This document shows, one piece after another, positions 48,201 to 61,302 of a stretch of DNA of 64,000 bases. Origin of the DNA: a virus; IMG/VR virus record IMGVR_UViG_3300036770_008166, positions 32,001-96,000 of that record; one strand, written 5' to 3'. The position numbers and the translations under genes were made by a program. Numbering within the stretch: position 1 is the first letter of the stretch; each line of letters opens with the position of its first letter. The notes below the pieces were generated by a model. It had not been told where the DNA came from. It was given only the letters and a program-made list of their open reading frames with translations, and did not search any database.

Positions 48201-51200
48201 CTTCGTTGATCACGGCGGCCAGGCCAGCCACAGTATTCGATGGCGCAGCGGGCACTGCTACATCAATATCATTGATGCGTATGGTATCGCCTGCGCCAAG
48301 ACTGGACACCGACACAGTGGAACGGATCACACCGTACAGCCTGGCTTGATTGACATGCCTTTCGATCACACCACCTTTGTAGATCTGGAGACTGCTCTGC
48401 GGCGCTGCGATGTAGAGGCTGCAGTTATTGGGGCAGATCTCCAAGGCCTGTCCAAAGTTGCTAAATTCAGCTGGCACGTCCTGCTCTATGGTCTGGATCG
48501 GTCTGAACTGATTGGTTTCGATCTCGATCACGTCACCGATCGAGAGATCGGTGTTCAAGGTCACGATGTTGCCATTTACACTGAATGTTTCCGGAGCATT
48601 AATCAAACTGTCCTGTTCGTTCACCAGGAATCTGCTGTTCACGGACACAGACACCGGCTCAGTCACGGAACCTAGCACAGTGAACTGCACTGAGCTGTCG
48701 GAATTGGGATGCTGACCATACACGAATTTCTGCACATTCCTGTCAAACACATACACTGTACCGGCTTCTGTCTCACCGTTGACTATGCGATTCGGTGTGC
48801 CAATCATGACCTGGCGACCATCAGTAGTGCAGCTCACCATGGTACCAAAGGCAGCATCACTGGCCAGACCTGCCACTGTTATGTCGGTGACCTGCTGCCA
48901 ATATGCCTGGGCGCGCACCAAGATCTCAGAACCGATGGGCGGAACCGTGATAAAAGTGAGATCTTGTCCCACCGAAGAATCGTCCGCATTGAAATCGTAA
49001 TCGATATTGGGCCTGTAGAGTTCGCCGTCGACCACTACAGAAAAACTGTCAATGGATCCCAAGGTAAAGAAATATTCATTGAGAGACCAAGTGTTGATCA
49101 AGGGCGGTGGATCGTACAGCACAGAAGCGCCTAATATTCCTGATATCACGCCGGTCGTGGCCGTGACGTCAAATACCAAATCATTGGCAGGAGTGGTGCC
49201 ATTGGGCCATATGTCATCACCTGCTATGGTCAGCGTTTCGCCGTTGACATAACCAGTACCGCCGGCCTGCACTTCCACAGACACTGTGCCGCGCCGGCGT
49301 GTCACAGTAAACAGTGCACCTGTTCCAGATCCTCCTGTGGCCGTGACGTCCAAATAGATTTCACTGTCTAGATTGACCTGCTTGATGCGCTGAATGATCA
49401 CAGCCGATGCTGCTGCAGGTGCCGACACAAAAGTCACGGTTCCAAAACTGCTGTCCACAGTGTAATCCGTGCCCAATGTCTGCAGTTGTCCATCCACAGT
49501 CACCGATATCTGCGTGGCTTCGTCAATCTGTATGCTGTTGTTGATCACGAACTGGGTAGTAATACCGTCTCCGGTGGCTTGGACCACTTGATCTTCATAA
49601 TTCACCCGACCATAGGCGTAGACCCGGTTGGCTCCTGGTGCACCCACGTACAACCATCTTTCGTCTTCGCTCATGGCTACACTGCGACCAAATTCAGCAG
49701 CACCTGCTGTGACTCCTCCAGGATTGGTCAGCAGCTGCCAGTTGCTGTAAGGATTGGTGTTGGGTAGGTAGCTGGCAGTGTCTCGGTAAATCACTGACAC
49801 ATAACCTGTGCTGCTGTTGGTGTCTATGCCCAGTGCAGTGCCCGACCCAGTGCCTGGGCCCGACGCTGTGAATTGCACACCCACCTCCATGCCAAATATG
49901 GTCGTGCTTCCTACAGTCTGGCTGGGATAGACATGATATGTTCCGGTGAGACCTGTGCCTGACACAAATTTGGTAATATAGGTTCCTGCTGTGACTCCTG
50001 ACCCCGACAGCACTGTGCCCAGCGACAACGATCCTGATGTGATACCAGTGACTGTGAGCGTGGAGCTCGCGATGGAACCAGTAACTTCTGCTGTGGGTGC
50101 AGCTCCTATGGCTGCAAAGTCAGTGGTGCCCACTGACTGTACGATGTAATCGGCACCGGGCACAAAATTGCCGGCGAAAGTGACACCCAGACTGAAATCC
50201 GCACCTGCCGCAGCCCAGTCTTGATAACCAAAGGTCACGGCATTACCAAAGTTCCTGGTGCCCAGATTTGCCAGTTTCAGGATGGCATCTGCTTGATTTA
50301 CAGGGCTCACAGGATCATATTGCTGTGTGTCTGATCGAACATAGGTGTACACCGCTCCCTGTCTCACAGGCTCAGTGTCACGGAAATAGCTGGGACTGCC
50401 TACCAAGGCTGCAAATCTATTGGCAGCTTGTGCTACGCTGCTACCAAAGGTCTGGGTAGCATCAGGATCTCTGGGTTCTAAGGTCAGCAGCGCATCGTAC
50501 ACGGCCTGTTTTTCCAGCACCGTCCATCTGCCATCACCGCGATCGTCGATCCAGACTCTGGCACCGGGGCCCAGCTGATTGGCATAAGGCAGATCAACGA
50601 TGTCGCTGAACTGGGCCACACGCATGGTTTCCAGCGTAAGACCAATGCCCACACCATTGGCCACGGTTCGATCACCGCTAAAACTGAATGCGATGGTGAC
50701 CTTGGTCAGAGAAGGAACAGTAAGCACTTCATACACTCCGTTCACTTCCGAATCAAAACCCTTGATGATCAACTTGTCGCCTGCAGACAATCCATGCTGT
50801 TGGGTGAAAATCACCAGGCTGGTGCCGTTGAGGTTGTCGCAAACATGATTGATGAATCCTGGCACAGCATCTGCACGGTATATGTTCCAGTCATATTCAT
50901 TGACTCTGGCAGCCCAAATAGTGGTGTCCACTTCAATGTCGTCTATGACATCGTTGAGAACGCCGGGTTCGTTGATGTCAAACACCGTGACGTCAGCGTC
51001 TTCTATGTTCACATAACCCGCGGTAGGCAAAGAAATGTCTGTGGGCAGTTCATTGGTCACAGGCAGTATGTCTGGCGAATTGATGCGGAAACTTTCGCGC
51101 CAGATATCACTGACCAACACTGTCTGATCTGCCTGGCTGGTCTGCTGCGGAACCACGACCTGTACGGTGCTGGGATTGGCATCCAGCAGCGCACGATTGA

Positions 51201-54200
51201 GACGCAGTTCAAAAAAGCTGCGGTTGGCATTGGCACCGTAAACTGCGCGTTGTACCGCCCAGTTTTCGTAGATGTCGTATTCTGCGGCCTCCTTGCCAAG
51301 ATCGGCCTGGCTAAACACACGCGCACTCTGGATGGTGCCTTTGTCGCCCAGGAACTGTCGGTACACATTGACCTGGCTCACATCGTCGAGATTGAGCGAT
51401 GTCATGTACTGGCGAGGCCGGAAACCAATGAGACCATAGCTCAAGAGATCGTTGTCTGTTTCCAGATTCAAAGAATTGATGTCATAGCTATTGGTCAGCT
51501 GGTTGGCCTTGGTGGCCAGATTGGGCAACAGACCCAGCTGTATCTTGGTGTAGTCGCTCTGTATCCAGGCGTTGTAGTTGAATTCCACCGACGGCTGCAC
51601 GATGGTAGCAGCGCTCCAGTAGTTGCCTTTGTAGAGCACAATCTCGCCCTTGGCATAGCTGCGATTGCCATCCCATTCCTGGATGTTGTCTTGATTGAGG
51701 ATGAATCCTTGGGCATCAATGCTGCCATTCCATTCCGTGGTGGTAAAGGCCACTAGATCCAATCGGCTCTGCCGCGCACCGGTCACAGGATCGTAGATAA
51801 GATCGCCAAACACACTGCTGTTATCCAACACGATGATGTGTTCAAACGCAGTGTACTTGAGATCTATGAAACTGAGGGTCTGATCAGTGGCCGGTTCTAC
51901 TGTGAATGTGTTGTCTAGGCGCGTGATGTTGAGATTGCGCGCCGGCAACTCTCTGCGATTTTGATCCAGCAACACATTTTCGCTGGTCTGCACGTCGATG
52001 CTGTCCACCACGGCCTGCGGTCTAGTCACAGACAGACGGAACGCCAAAGGATTCAGTGCTATGATGGCCTGTTCGTCCCATCCCTGTTGGCTCCAGTACA
52101 GGAACTCATTGGCCATCTGTGTCCAGTCCAACACAATTCCGTTGTCGGTATTGGTAAAGATCAAACCTTGGGTGTCAAGGAATTGGCCATAGCTCAGCAG
52201 GAAGTCAGCCACAGCAGTTTCGTTGGACAACACAGTGCCATAGGGTATCTGCAGCACCCTGTCAGTGTAGGCTGTGGGCACCTGCACCGTGATACCGGGC
52301 ACTGAAATGGTCTGCAGCCGGCCGCCTGCCTGGCTCTGCAGCGTGTTAAAATAGGGCTGGTATGTGCTGTAGCCAAACACTGCATACCCGCCGGCGGTTT
52401 TTTGTACCAACACAGCGCTATAACTAGCTCTGGCAAAAGGTTGGTTTTTGTACAGCAAGAGATCGTAGCTCTCGTCGGGGATCAAGAACGAAGTGTTGGT
52501 GCTGCGTGGGCTGGTCTTGTCTGTGAAAATCTTGATGTACTGTTTGTCGCTGTACGAAGCCATGCGATAGGCCAATCTCACATCCAGGCTTCCCAGATTG
52601 TCCTGCAGATCCTGGGTGCTGTCTTGTCCACTTTCGCGGTTGTAGTCCACAATCCAGTTAATAAAGCTGGCCTTGCTCACACCATTGCCATAGACCACCA
52701 CACCATCTGCGTCTAGACGATACCTGTCGTCCAGCAGATACTGTTGGAACTCGGTGTTGAAACGATATCGATCTCGGTCGGCAAACAAGGAAAAGAACTG
52801 CGCTGGTCTGGTCACGGCCAGCAGCCTCATCACGGCAAAAGGATAAGAACTGGAATTCCACCAGGACGCTTCCACTGGGCCACCATCACCGATGCTCCAT
52901 GACCGACGGAACGAATTGTTGGCGAAGGTACCTACCACAGAGTTCAGCGGACTCAACAGATCTCCTTGAGGCCCTACTGGCAGTACCCGAGTCAGGCCCG
53001 GACGTGCAAATTCGGGTAGCACGTATGCGCCCAGAGGATCTCTCACGATGCCGGCTTCTAGATCATCCCACAGCACCAGGTTGCCGTCAGTGTATGGTGC
53101 GGTACCATAGGTGTCTTCCCACCACAGTGGCGGTTCAGTGAAGCCCAGCATCTCCCAGGGTGTCAGTTGAGGTTGTTGGGTATCAAAAAAGTAGCGATTG
53201 ATACCGCGCCAAGCACCCAGTAGATTTTGGTTGTCCAGTCGATTAGTGGATCGGCTGTAGTTGTAGGTGAACTCGTTGGCCGCACTGAAATCCTGGGTGC
53301 GATAGTCCAATTTGTTCCAGGCCACATAGGCCAAGAAATCCTGCGCCAGGATGGAAGTGATTTCCTGGAAACTGTATCCAGTGGATCTGAACTGGCCGGG
53401 CAGCACATCATACACAGTCAATGGCACAGGATTGCCGTCCAGTTTGAGATTGTTGTATATGCGTGTTTCAAATTCCAACAACACTTCGTCTCGGATGTCT
53501 CCAAACACCGGCGTAAGGCTGCCATCGTGCCCTTGCACAAACTGCTGCGTGCCAGTGGTAGTGGCTTCAGTGATCAAACCAGGCCTCCAGGCCGGATAGA
53601 GACCCAGTTTGGTAGGTGTGTTTGGAATGAAACTGCCTACCGTGGTGGTGTATTCTCGTATGGTCACTGTGTTGCCTGGAACCAGCGACACCAGCACAGT
53701 GATCCTGGGTCCATCAGTGGCTACCACATAATCTCTGCCTCGTGTGAGTATAGAGCCATTGACATAAACGTTCATGCCCAGATAGTTTGCGGATTCGTAA
53801 TCATAGACCTGCACAGTGTCAAAGGTCTGGCCTGTGGTCACGCTAACTGTGTAGGTGTTCTCTATGTAGACTGCGCCCGAAGGCAGCATGTCGCTCCAGT
53901 AAAACGGCTGTGTTTCTCCGCGACCCTGCGTGAGAGTGTCTATAGCAGTGTCCAGTATGGCAGCAGCGGTCTGGAAATTTATGGTCTGCTTGGTGACATC
54001 ATCCAGGATGAGATTCTTGATCTTGGTGTATTCTCTGCTATTGAATGTCAGGCTGTTGAACACATTGTACTGCTCGCTGCGCATGAAATAGCCGGCCAGG
54101 GTCAGGGGAGCGCTCTGTTGTAGGATGGTCAATCCATAGGGCACGATGTTGCCAAGATCTCGGGTGTTATTGGCACCGTTGATCGTGCCCTGAAGTGCGG

Positions 54201-57200
54201 GCAGATTTTCACAGATACTCTGATAGTGTTGGCGCATGGTGCCCAGCGTGAATTCGCTGCTGTTCACATTGAATGGGTTGTTTTCAAGATTGATTGGCAC
54301 CTGATAGAAAGCCACGCGACTGGTCTGGTCGCTTAGGGCTAACACCTCAATCACCTGGCCTGCGGCCGTGGCGGTTGACAAAGTTATGGTGGTAGAATCT
54401 GTGCCAATTTCGTATGTGTAGCTTCCGGGATCCTGGAACACTGATCCCACGTAGACCTTGACACTGGGCACTGTGCGCTGCCCAGACACTGCCACATCCA
54501 GCACCAGCGGAGCACCGTCGTACTGGAATTTGAACTGTTGATATACCTGCGCCGCAGTGACAGCAGTTTGCCAACCCAGTAAGCGGCTGAATTGTGTGCG
54601 CGATCTGTACTGTCTTGGAGTGCCGTTGCTGATAGATTCAGTGGTGCTGGCATTCTCACGCGTGTACACGAATTGATCTGTGTAAAGGTAGTTGTCAAAC
54701 ACGATATCGCCGATGTTGGCAATGTTGAGATATTCAAGAGGAATCTGCAGCACCGAGTCGATCACACCGGCATCATTGACCGCATATCCAAACAGCCGGC
54801 TTCCCCGGAAATCTGTGCTGGGGTACTTGGTGGGGTCGCCGAAACTGACTCCGTCACTGTCATACACATTGAACAGCGGTGCCTGTTGCACACTGGTTTT
54901 TTGTTGAGCCAGCAGCCATGCACTGCCATCGAACCAGAAAGTTTTACCAGCATTCTCGTCACCAAACAGGCACACAGTGGCCTGATCGGCCAAGACCACA
55001 CCGTCGGAGGCCAAGGTCAGATTGATGATGGGTTGACCAGTGAACGGCGGATCTATAGGCGGGTCTGAATCCGGAATCACAAATTCTACCTGCCATATTT
55101 TGTTGGCCACATCTGGATCTTCATCAGCGGCAAAGATCACTCGAGTTCCGTTGACAAAACTGTAGCCATCCACAGAATAGCTGGTACTGCCTTGGATGTC
55201 ACTGAAGGCATCCGTGGCCGAAAAATCAATGATATCCACTGGCTGTTTGCCCTGGGTGCCCATGTCATAGAGTCGTAGACCGGCACGGAACTGTACAATG
55301 GGCCGTTTGGCACGGAAACGATTGTCCAGCACCGGTACAGTTTCGTTGTAGTCAGCAGTTGCGTTGATCACATCAATATGGAACCATCGATTGCTGCGGC
55401 TCCAGGCATTGAGATCTTGACCAGCTCTATCGATAGTGATATAGTCAGGATCAGCCGGTTCAGACGCCACGGCGCTGTCATCCTCATCAACCACATAGGC
55501 TTCTGGAGTGATGAAATCAGTGACCGGCAACAGCTGGATGGCTGTGCCAACTCCGGCCACGTAGTATTCGCGATAGTTTATGGCAGTGGCCGACATGGTG
55601 CCCAGACCATTCTGCAACGACACGGCCGAGCCCGAAGGTGTAAGACTCACAGTGAACTGGAATCCATTCACAATGGTTTGAACGTAGTAGTCTGTGCCGG
55701 CCGTGAGACCCCCCAGCGTAGGAGCAGCGAACACGATGCGCTGTCCCACGTAGAGATCTTCCGTGGTAAAGGTCGTTATAGTATCGAACTCGCTGTCGGT
55801 CTGGGTGCAGTCGAATGAAAAATTTCCAGAACCAAAACTGGCAGGTACCACATCACCTTCAAATATCACTTTTAGGCCGTTGGTGAATACCACTCCGTTG
55901 GGCGATGTGTAGTTGGTGCTGTTCAGGATGTCTTCAACAAAAATCGTTTCGCTGTCAGAAGGCTCAATGATCTTGAACACGCCGAAGATTTCTGGATCTG
56001 TGCCGTCCTGATAATACAAGGTATCCAAATTGGCGGTCAGCAAGGGAATCTGTTGGAACTGGTCTTGATCGGTCTTGAACCATCCGGTGTTGCTGAACTG
56101 ATTGCCGTATCTAATGGTGAACTTGTTCAGCACCGGGATTGTGGCCACAGACGAAAGATTGATATAGGTTATGCCATTTATCACTGGCAGAGTGATCTGC
56201 CACAGCTGACGGCGCTGGTCCAGGGGTATTTCAGTGACTTGGTCAAACAGCGTGGTATCATAGCTGCCGATTTGGCCATTGTTGGCTGTGATCTGTGCCA
56301 AGGGATCAAAAAAGGTGGTTCTCAACCAACCGCCGGCCACGGCATCATCCACGGGCACATCAAACACCAAGGTTCGGTTGGCCAGGTAGGTTATGCCATC
56401 TATGCCTCCGTACTGGGCGATAAAAGTATCCAGGCGCTGATTGTTGATCTGATCAAATTTTAAATTGGTTATGAGATCGACCGGAGTCGCGAATTCTGCG
56501 AGATCGAAATAGAACTGCTGCGCTGTCTTGGTTGGTACATCGAAGGTGACTGTGCCAAGATCTGTGCCGTTGTTGATCACACCAAACACGTCTCGGCTGC
56601 TGATATTGGGTGTGGTAGGAATGCGTCCGCTGATGCCAGGATTGGTCTGGATCCAGAATCCTGGCCCTGTGCCGCTGTCTCCGTCCACTATGTTCAATAT
56701 GCCTTGCATGTTGCTTTGATTTTGGCTCACATAGTACAGGGTGTCTGGAGCGTCTTGGGGTACCACGAAAGTGACCAGCCCTGTGATGCTGCCGTTGCGC
56801 GTGACTCCTACTGAGTAGGCATCCTGTGTGCCCAGTGTGGGCGCTGTCTTGATCCAGAATGGGAAATCACCGCGCAGGGTGAGATTGAACACATAGGTAT
56901 TGCCGCGCGCCAAGGTCAAGGTAGGATTGGGCTGTGCATCTATGAGATAGGCCGCGGTCTGTTGATTGGTCACACGGTAGTTTACAGTCTCCTTGGCATT
57001 CTGTGCCACGGAAAATGTGTAGGTTCCTCCGCGCACCAGTTCGATCTGAGGATTTTCTCCGGGAACACCACTGAAGGTGTACACACCATTGGCCCTGGTC
57101 ACTGTAAAGTTGTCAGTGATGGGCACCCCTGTTGAGCGCACAGACACTGCATCCGGCCCGCCTGGCAGCCAAAAATACTGACTGTAGTTGATCAAGGTAT

Positions 57201-57573
57201 CAAAATCAACCATGGGATCCCAGGCATAATATTCACTGGTGAACAGTCGGTCTGGTCTTGTCTGGGTGCCGCCTTGATAGCCAATGGCATCCAGCAAACC
57301 GGGATAGGTGATGAGATCCTGCACATCATCGGTATCAGGTTTGAGACTGATCACTGCCGGCTCAAGCTGATAATCGGCGCGTGTTTTGTCAGGCTCTACG
57401 ATGTAGCGATCATCTGGATCAACGCCTGGTCCCACCGAGCGTCCAATGTAGCCTTCACTTTTGCGGAACCTGGGTTCTTGTATCAGTGTGTCCAGAGTGG
57501 CAGCCAGGAACTGTCTGTTGGCCGGTGTCTGGAAAATCTCTGGCAGGAAATCTACTGAACGGGTGCGAGCCAT
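42232..57573 (-). CDS. 5113-aa modular virion protein, probable baseplate wedge/adhesin
   Basis: Uninterrupted 15.3-kb ORF directly after the gp6-like gene; seven FG-GAP-like repeats, CBM5/12-like motifs, cupredoxin-like modules, GSGY..AP repeats, EVKPYHV motif. Confidence 0.8.
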   Translation of the reverse strand: MARTRSVDFLPEIFQTPANRQFLAATLDTLIQEPRFRKSEGYIGRSVGPGVDPDDRYIVEPDKTRADYQLEPAVISLKPDTDDVQDLITYPGLLDAIGYQGGTQTRPDRLFTSEYYAWDPMVDFDTLINYSQYFWLPGGPDAVSVRSTGVPITDNFTVTRANGVYTFSGVPGENPQIELVRGGTYTFSVAQNAKETVNYRVTNQQTAAYLIDAQPNPTLTLARGNTYVFNLTLRGDFPFWIKTAPTLGTQDAYSVGVTRNGSITGLVTFVVPQDAPDTLYYVSQNQSNMQGILNIVDGDSGTGPGFWIQTNPGISGRIPTTPNISSRDVFGVINNGTDLGTVTFDVPTKTAQQFYFDLAEFATPVDLITNLKFDQINNQRLDTFIAQYGGIDGITYLANRTLVFDVPVDDAVAGGWLRTTFFDPLAQITANNGQIGSYDTTLFDQVTEIPLDQRRQLWQITLPVINGITYINLSSVATIPVLNKFTIRYGNQFSNTGWFKTDQDQFQQIPLLTANLDTLYYQDGTDPEIFGVFKIIEPSDSETIFVEDILNSTNYTSPNGVVFTNGLKVIFEGDVVPASFGSGNFSFDCTQTDSEFDTITTFTTEDLYVGQRIVFAAPTLGGLTAGTDYYVQTIVNGFQFTVSLTPSGSAVSLQNGLGTMSATAINYREYYVAGVGTAIQLLPVTDFITPEAYVVDEDDSAVASEPADPDYITIDRAGQDLNAWSRSNRWFHIDVINATADYNETVPVLDNRFRAKRPIVQFRAGLRLYDMGTQGKQPVDIIDFSATDAFSDIQGSTSYSVDGYSFVNGTRVIFAADEDPDVANKIWQVEFVIPDSDPPIDPPFTGQPIINLTLASDGVVLADQATVCLFGDENAGKTFWFDGSAWLLAQQKTSVQQAPLFNVYDSDGVSFGDPTKYPSTDFRGSRLFGYAVNDAGVIDSVLQIPLEYLNIANIGDIVFDNYLYTDQFVYTRENASTTESISNGTPRQYRSRTQFSRLLGWQTAVTAAQVYQQFKFQYDGAPLVLDVAVSGQRTVPSVKVYVGSVFQDPGSYTYEIGTDSTTITLSTATAAGQVIEVLALSDQTSRVAFYQVPINLENNPFNVNSSEFTLGTMRQHYQSICENLPALQGTINGANNTRDLGNIVPYGLTILQQSAPLTLAGYFMRSEQYNVFNSLTFNSREYTKIKNLILDDVTKQTINFQTAAAILDTAIDTLTQGRGETQPFYWSDMLPSGAVYIENTYTVSVTTGQTFDTVQVYDYESANYLGMNVYVNGSILTRGRDYVVATDGPRITVLVSLVPGNTVTIREYTTTVGSFIPNTPTKLGLYPAWRPGLITEATTTGTQQFVQGHDGSLTPVFGDIRDEVLLEFETRIYNNLKLDGNPVPLTVYDVLPGQFRSTGYSFQEITSILAQDFLAYVAWNKLDYRTQDFSAANEFTYNYSRSTNRLDNQNLLGAWRGINRYFFDTQQPQLTPWEMLGFTEPPLWWEDTYGTAPYTDGNLVLWDDLEAGIVRDPLGAYVLPEFARPGLTRVLPVGPQGDLLSPLNSVVGTFANNSFRRSWSIGDGGPVEASWWNSSSYPFAVMRLLAVTRPAQFFSLFADRDRYRFNTEFQQYLLDDRYRLDADGVVVYGNGVSKASFINWIVDYNRESGQDSTQDLQDNLGSLDVRLAYRMASYSDKQYIKIFTDKTSPRSTNTSFLIPDESYDLLLYKNQPFARASYSAVLVQKTAGGYAVFGYSTYQPYFNTLQSQAGGRLQTISVPGITVQVPTAYTDRVLQIPYGTVLSNETAVADFLLSYGQFLDTQGLIFTNTDNGIVLDWTQMANEFLYWSQQGWDEQAIIALNPLAFRLSVTRPQAVVDSIDVQTSENVLLDQNRRELPARNLNITRLDNTFTVEPATDQTLSFIDLKYTAFEHIIVLDNSSVFGDLIYDPVTGARQSRLDLVAFTTTEWNGSIDAQGFILNQDNIQEWDGNRSYAKGEIVLYKGNYWSAATIVQPSVEFNYNAWIQSDYTKIQLGLLPNLATKANQLTNSYDINSLNLETDNDLLSYGLIGFRPRQYMTSLNLDDVSQVNVYRQFLGDKGTIQSARVFSQADLGKEAAEYDIYENWAVQRAVYGANANRSFFELRLNRALLDANPSTVQVVVPQQTSQADQTVLVSDIWRESFRINSPDILPVTNELPTDISLPTAGYVNIEDADVTVFDINEPGVLNDVIDDIEVDTTIWAARVNEYDWNIYRADAVPGFINHVCDNLNGTSLVIFTQQHGLSAGDKLIIKGFDSEVNGVYEVLTVPSLTKVTIAFSFSGDRTVANGVGIGLTLETMRVAQFSDIVDLPYANQLGPGARVWIDDRGDGRWTVLEKQAVYDALLTLEPRDPDATQTFGSSVAQAANRFAALVGSPSYFRDTEPVRQGAVYTYVRSDTQQYDPVSPVNQADAILKLANLGTRNFGNAVTFGYQDWAAAGADFSLGVTFAGNFVPGADYIVQSVGTTDFAAIGAAPTAEVTGSIASSTLTVTGITSGSLSLGTVLSGSGVTAGTYITKFVSGTGLTGTYHVYPSQTVGSTTIFGMEVGVQFTASGPGTGSGTALGIDTNSSTGYVSVIYRDTASYLPNTNPYSNWQLLTNPGGVTAGAAEFGRSVAMSEDERWLYVGAPGANRVYAYGRVNYEDQVVQATGDGITTQFVINNSIQIDEATQISVTVDGQLQTLGTDYTVDSSFGTVTFVSAPAAASAVIIQRIKQVNLDSEIYLDVTATGGSGTGALFTVTRRRGTVSVEVQAGGTGYVNGETLTIAGDDIWPNGTTPANDLVFDVTATTGVISGILGASVLYDPPPLINTWSLNEYFFTLGSIDSFSVVVDGELYRPNIDYDFNADDSSVGQDLTFITVPPIGSEILVRAQAYWQQVTDITVAGLASDAAFGTMVSCTTDGRQVMIGTPNRIVNGETEAGTVYVFDRNVQKFVYGQHPNSDSSVQFTVLGSVTEPVSVSVNSRFLVNEQDSLINAPETFSVNGNIVTLNTDLSIGDVIEIETNQFRPIQTIEQDVPAEFSNFGQALEICPNNCSLYIAAPQSSLQIYKGGVIERHVNQARLYGVIRSTVSVSSLGAGDTIRINDIDVAVPAAPSNTVAGLAAVINEDVPNVTASVIDGLLQLSVTNVSAAEPFNKLQVLPGSQGTAFYDLGFEVYYFTQTVQSPYAREYAAFGSSLSVSSDASELAVGTPAGTMYIIQIFDDGTTVFDLGATEFFTDIDQSGVVYVFNLAGSVAPGITNPAQLVFAQQIFVNSVDYLAEFGTALDYRDGLLWVGAPGSDIGDSQQADFGQVYIFENASRSAAWVPIYVQQDTVDIRLLNSVFLYDRVTSATTEFLDFFNPLQGKILGAARQNIDYIGSVDPASYNAGPARLLGTTWSETNVGQVWWDTSSVRFIDPNQDNITYTARRWGQVFPGSSIDVYQWIESDQSPAEYTGPGTPFSTVSFSVKTLLSQEGTFLTRYFFWVRGLTTVATRQGKTLSVDTVARYIQDPRSTGIAYLAPLNASTVAIYNCETLIEAQDTVLHIEFDRELNSDNVHVEYELIPQDRADGFLSDNLYRKLLDSFTGFDTAGNRVPDLGLSPAERYGVQFRPRQSMFTDRFAALRNYITRANEVMRRYPITETRSLALLNSTDPEPTASSGEWNQRVANLEILGFQDIYAVPLGYRYLVESDSSQRGLWTIYTVDSGSVPGNRVLTLTKVQNYYTPFYWDFIDWYQPGYNSSIKPVLEVPNVASLETITVPTGSSVKVTANAQGRFEIYLRTDTGWQRVGLEQGTIEISPVIYDYSFGGNGTNVFGFDTEVFDLQYFDAEPTTETRRILQALNQEIFIDDLLIERNRLLTLTFNYVLTEFAAPEWLVKTSLIDVDHRIRELFPFQNFVRDNQEFVLDYIQEVKPYHVQIREFNLKYFGFDQYQGDVTDFDVPAYFNTSLTVPQFTSPILLPYEAGTAQVSNNLSDTPATSSVWQTWPYTQWFNNYLLDLDTIAVTSGGSGYTEAPVVSITGDATVPATAVAVINSSGQVIAVNVTSTGSGYRDSPVITFTGGNGSGAAAYARLSNAVIRQFRTTMRYDRIQYLSLIQEWSPDQLYINGTLARYLDQIWRADSADGSSAVIGPEFSLEDWTLVDPAQLVLAFNAQENYYELAINPDTGLPITPYITGPDRTMGLYQPGVNSPGLELAQLITGVDYPGVQVFGRHFAPINAPAYDPANSYPARAIVLYLGSYYLSLREVPPARLPTDQEYWQIYYYDLLLDADYRSSFTDQLLGTRVSDINVNGGEFIGPYEGHAPEELVNGSEYDTVDIRVFTRPGSDWQLDGHGFQLSAVNAVYDAILASSISFANLVEFPAQVLVSNQTTGLALALDVDYTIDWTAQTVDIIAGAGVLDGDLVNVIAFELGGGSQLYRANYVGSQIPTGRFLVPVDAEQIQSVAILQNGEEVITPATWQPYIDSVAWNILVAYPRNTVVNNAGQYYRSVQAVPAGEVITDTAYWLNFVPTLQSEVIMALPPAATDGIAVVVLGAQTTTAGDFVTGRSYTIESLGNTDFTAVGAATNTVGESFVATGPGSGSGTATSVYSWSTPQRQYHVATAATVTNFGFELSNYIGGTNPANMIVTRNGERLTPPAGIQWRADDEPQDDSTLNVSYGLPQRLGESFLQSSINAITDIQVWVDDVLQTQSIGAFIGDYSVTPWTGSNTPGRQVVFTEPPTPGARILITVSTEADYNIVGNDLVLVTRPNLGDLYAVTTWNDTAEQDIVTLVFYGPVQTSFPIVEPYDSQPFDAANTNNTPGSFDFSTATVTTQNRFDLGRSDITANRLLVTLDGLRKYEGQDFTVVGTELVLASGAIASDQILVVTEFTPSIVPEAAAFRIFQDMRGLQATYRMTAATTTQLTQPLSISDDVIHVVSVLGMTEPQLSVGVFGQITIGAERITYRVRDQATNTLSGLRRGASGTAIADHATGSTVYNIGNGNLLNGAYQDQVVSDASVGDGSTTIFYAPSIDITDYGDSSTTYVDSIEVFVGGVRQYRFGSGTVSEYPWIVTDFGPLAVEFITDDSPVDPDLAPPSGVEVTILQRRGLWWYDIRTQAEREQALQENPSAAARFLTDR

Positions 57574-60500
57574 TAAATCACTCCACTGCCGGGCGCAGTG
57601 CGTAGATTGGTGCTAGTCAAGGCCTCTATCACATCAATGTTATCAACCGTAGCTCCATTGGCGAAAATCTCGTTGGGTTGGCTGCGTATCTCGTAAAGGT
57701 CTCCAAAGGATTTCTGCGGATCCAGAGGCACCAGCACCACCGATGAGATGATGCTGCCCAGCACGCGATGCAGATAGCCAGCCAGCTCTGAAAAGTAAAA
57801 AGTATCCCCAAAGTTCCACTTGTCTATGCTGAAATAACTGTTCATTTCTGCCAACACTGAACTCTTGATCTCTGAAGAACTGGCTGTGGAGTTCTGGGCT
57901 CGGATGACCTTGATGGTGGCCCGCAGCTCCGGTGACGCCTTGGCGCCGAACAGGGGCTTGAAATTCACAGAGTTCAATACCACATTGTCCGAAATCATCT
58001 TAAAGTCCTGCAGTCCTTGATAGGCTGTGGTCAGTTCCGAGATGGTTGGTTGTTGGGGCTGAGGCACAGTGCCCGTGGTATCTCGCAGCCAGTTCTGATA
58101 CGCTGTGTAATATTGCTGTGTGACCACGTAGATATCGATGATGTTGGTAGTGCCTGGATCGATGCGATTGGTCAAGGGAGCATTGTGTCGATACTGATAG
58201 TAGAGAGCCTGGCGACCAGTGCGTGCGATCCAGCCTGTGACCGGTATCACGTTGAGGTCGCCTGTGACTGCCAATTCCAGTTCATAGAATGCTGCTTCGT
58301 CATAGGCATAGAATACCTGGCCCGGAGTCCATTCTGATTTTACCAGTTCAATTTCGTCCAAGGTAGCATAGTCACTGGTCACGCGACCAGGTTCGGCCAA
58401 TAGATAGCGTTGGAGATTGTCAAAGTCTACTGTCTGCTCCAGGAAGATCAGTTTTTGATTTGGGTTGACATCCGGTGCCACGATTTCTTCAAAGAAATCG
58501 GGATCATCCGGTATGCCGTCACGATCCACATCTCTGTAGCTGACCAAGACTTGGAAATCATCCACATAGCCGTCGCTTTCCACTGGCTGGCCAATGATGT
58601 TCATCACGATATCGCTGGGCAAGTTTTGTGTGCTGTCGGGCTGTGTGTTCACGGCCAACACATTGATGAAATCCTTGATAACAGTGGCAGTGCGACTGTC
58701 GTAGATCAATTGCCCATCATAGAAGAAAAAGCGTGTCTGCAACACGCTGCCAAAATAATAGGTCAGGCCACGGAAGGTGATGGTGTAGTTTTGATTCTGC
58801 ACCGTGAACTGCACCATCCAACTGGCGTCAAGGTTAGCGCCAGATTGGTTGCCGGCGTACTGCTGACTCCAAGGCGCATCTTGATCTAGATTGTTGCTGT
58901 TGATCAAGTACCAGGTGTAGGGTGTACCGGTGATAGCGCCATCGTTGTCGTAGCCCAGTCCAAAACTGCGGAACAGCACTATCTGCTCGCTCATCTGCTG
59001 GATCACCGACAAGGGCAAATCCGTTATGAACAAGGGTATGATGCTGTCCACTATGGCACCAGTGGGCACGAAGTTGTTGAGACTCACCGGTCCAACACCA
59101 GTGCTGAGATTGCCTATGCCACCGTTGCTGCCATCTCCTGTGACACTGAGCGGTGAAGCCCATATCGTGAGTTTTTCGTCGGCTCGGGTAGGAGCACCGA
59201 GCTGCAAGCGATTGTTGGCATCGAAAAAATATCCAGCTGGTGCCACAAATTTTATCAAGGCTCCGACCACTGCATACTGGAATACCGAAGTGGTGGATGT
59301 GCCCACAGCGATGGGAGCACCCAGGCTGTTGCGGAAATAGCCCGTGGTTTCGTTGGTCAGCGTGGTGCTCTGATTCCAGGTGGTGTTGTAGGTGGCCAGA
59401 TTGGCCGTGGCCTGCATGGTACCAGATGCGCTGGTCAGTGTCACGGCTGCTCCGTTGGGAGCAGTGCTCACAGAAAACTGCGAGTTCACGGAATCTAGGC
59501 TGACCACGTAATAGGGCAGACCTGCTATCAGCCCACCAATCACATCCGAAAACACGATCTGTTGTCCCAGGAACGCAGTGGCAAAAAACTCTGAGCTGGC
59601 TGTGGTGATCAAGTTCACAGTGGCTGTGGTGGCTGTGCAAACGAACTCCAGCTGGTTGGCCAGCTGGCGAGGAAAGTTGGCATAGTAAAACTGTCGCACC
59701 GTGGCGTCAGCGATCTGTGGTTGCACCTGATTGGTGATCACATCCGCGATTTCGTTGCGATTGGTCCAGCTGAACAGTATGGTGGGCAAGACATTTTCTC
59801 GCCAGAGTCCACCATCACTGCCAAAGGTATTGGTGCTGGAATACTTGCCGGTGTTGTCCACGAGATCGAGATAGCGGCTGGTACCGATGCTGGCACGGTT
59901 CAGTGCCTTGCTCTTGATGATGCTGTTGTAAGTGGTAAATGGAAAGAGATTGTAGTCCTCGCCGTTGACCATCCTGTTCTGGGTATAATAGCGTGCAGGT
60001 GCGCGCTGTTTGATGGCTTCTATGGGTTCACGGCTCTGGGCGTTGCTCACAGGTCGGGTGATACCGCAGGTAAACGTGATAGTTTCAAGATTGCCGTTGC
60101 GGCTGATGTAGCTGATGGGCAGCACCACGTTCTGCATCTCTTCCGGATTGATGATGTACTGCAGGCCATTGGATGCGCGCACATAGGCGCGAAAAGTGCC
60201 CACCGGAATCTCCGAAAACACCCCGTCGCCAAACACCATGGTGATCTGGTCATTGGCACGGCTGGTAGTGGTATAGATAGCACGCAGGCCGGGTTCTTGT
60301 TCGGCTGCTGCGGCATAGATATTCTCCACATAGTCCCATTCGCGAGCCACTGTGCCCACATCGTCCAGCTGAAACAGCCAACGATCTTCGTTGTTGATGC
60401 CCTCGATGTTGATGTTCACTGTGCGATTGGCGATGCGTTCGGCCAAGTTGAAGTCCTGGTTCTGCAGGCTACCCTGTTTGAACAGGAAAAAATATCCTGT

Positions 60501-61253
60501 ATCGGCACTGTTGAACCCCAGCTGATCGTTGCGGAACAGCACATTGAAACTGGTGCTTGGCACCGGTGCCGGTTCGTAGATGTAGTCCTCAGCCACGGTG
60601 GTGCTGGTCACAGCTTCAAACGGCATGTTGATGCCATCCACTGTGGCTGTGTAAGGGATCACAGGCAGGAATCCTGGCACCAGATTGATGGCGTATTCGT
60701 CGGTGCGCACACCCAGGATGGTCTGCCTGTTGCCAGGACGTCCGATCTTTTGGCTGTCTACCAAGGCAGCATTCAAGATTGCAGTGAACTGTTCTTGCCA
60801 ATCAGGGTTGGTAGGGTCTGCCCAGTCCACAGTGACATTGGAGAGATTTACGCCTTGGTAGTCCACTACATTTTCTGTGGTGGTCACATTGAATACCTTG
60901 AGCAGGCCCTGGGCTGCTGTGTTGCGCTTGGCAGTGTAGCTCACCAAGTTGGCCAAGCGCACCACTGAATCTCGGCGCTCGGCGGTGTCGATGTAGTTTT
61001 CTCTCGTGTTAAGGTCGGTACGGAACGCCAGGCTCTGGCCCATGAATGCGATCACGTCCAGGAGTGCGATGAATTCTGACGATTCTATGTAGTCGTTGAA
61101 TGTTTCCGGGTAGTACAGGCGGAGATAGTCCACAAAACTCTTGCGCAGCGTTTCAAAATCGTAGCTTTGGAAATCCGCTTCGCGATAGGTTTGGTAGATC
61201 TGTTTCCAGTCTTCTACGCCAAATATCGCGGTCTGTCTTGTGGTGTTTGCCAT
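57573..61253 (-). CDS. baseplate wedge subunit, T4 gp6-like
   Basis: DFETLR, E.YIDTA.RRDSV.RLA.LVSY, FGDG.F, E.IE.IK.RAP..Y.TQNRMV..EDY. Confidence 0.85.
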   Translation of the reverse strand: MANTTRQTAIFGVEDWKQIYQTYREADFQSYDFETLRKSFVDYLRLYYPETFNDYIESSEFIALLDVIAFMGQSLAFRTDLNTRENYIDTAERRDSVVRLANLVSYTAKRNTAAQGLLKVFNVTTTENVVDYQGVNLSNVTVDWADPTNPDWQEQFTAILNAALVDSQKIGRPGNRQTILGVRTDEYAINLVPGFLPVIPYTATVDGINMPFEAVTSTTVAEDYIYEPAPVPSTSFNVLFRNDQLGFNSADTGYFFLFKQGSLQNQDFNLAERIANRTVNINIEGINNEDRWLFQLDDVGTVAREWDYVENIYAAAAEQEPGLRAIYTTTSRANDQITMVFGDGVFSEIPVGTFRAYVRASNGLQYIINPEEMQNVVLPISYISRNGNLETITFTCGITRPVSNAQSREPIEAIKQRAPARYYTQNRMVNGEDYNLFPFTTYNSIIKSKALNRASIGTSRYLDLVDNTGKYSSTNTFGSDGGLWRENVLPTILFSWTNRNEIADVITNQVQPQIADATVRQFYYANFPRQLANQLEFVCTATTATVNLITTASSEFFATAFLGQQIVFSDVIGGLIAGLPYYVVSLDSVNSQFSVSTAPNGAAVTLTSASGTMQATANLATYNTTWNQSTTLTNETTGYFRNSLGAPIAVGTSTTSVFQYAVVGALIKFVAPAGYFFDANNRLQLGAPTRADEKLTIWASPLSVTGDGSNGGIGNLSTGVGPVSLNNFVPTGAIVDSIIPLFITDLPLSVIQQMSEQIVLFRSFGLGYDNDGAITGTPYTWYLINSNNLDQDAPWSQQYAGNQSGANLDASWMVQFTVQNQNYTITFRGLTYYFGSVLQTRFFFYDGQLIYDSRTATVIKDFINVLAVNTQPDSTQNLPSDIVMNIIGQPVESDGYVDDFQVLVSYRDVDRDGIPDDPDFFEEIVAPDVNPNQKLIFLEQTVDFDNLQRYLLAEPGRVTSDYATLDEIELVKSEWTPGQVFYAYDEAAFYELELAVTGDLNVIPVTGWIARTGRQALYYQYRHNAPLTNRIDPGTTNIIDIYVVTQQYYTAYQNWLRDTTGTVPQPQQPTISELTTAYQGLQDFKMISDNVVLNSVNFKPLFGAKASPELRATIKVIRAQNSTASSSEIKSSVLAEMNSYFSIDKWNFGDTFYFSELAGYLHRVLGSIISSVVLVPLDPQKSFGDLYEIRSQPNEIFANGATVDNIDVIEALTSTNLRTAPGSGVI

Positions 61254-61275
61254 GCGTCTGAGCCTCTGTGTGTTT

Positions 61276-61281
61276 TATTTA
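61276..61281 (-). promoter_or_regulatory. putative late promoter core TAAATA
   Basis: Intergenic, upstream of a GAGG SD and the gp6-like ATG. Confidence 0.6.
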
Positions 61282-61302
61282 TTTGCTGCGAAAACGGCTC
61301 AG

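Noticed and set aside
58834-59640. 268-aa same-strand alternative-frame ORF inside the gp6-like gene
   Set aside because: His/Arg/Cys-rich composition typical of an off-frame translation; no expression signals seen.
59721-60968. 415-aa plus-strand ORF, and similar long ORFs at 46378-47433, 50794-51756 and 53227-54123
   Set aside because: Antisense shadows of strongly codon-biased structural genes, with no recognisable motifs.
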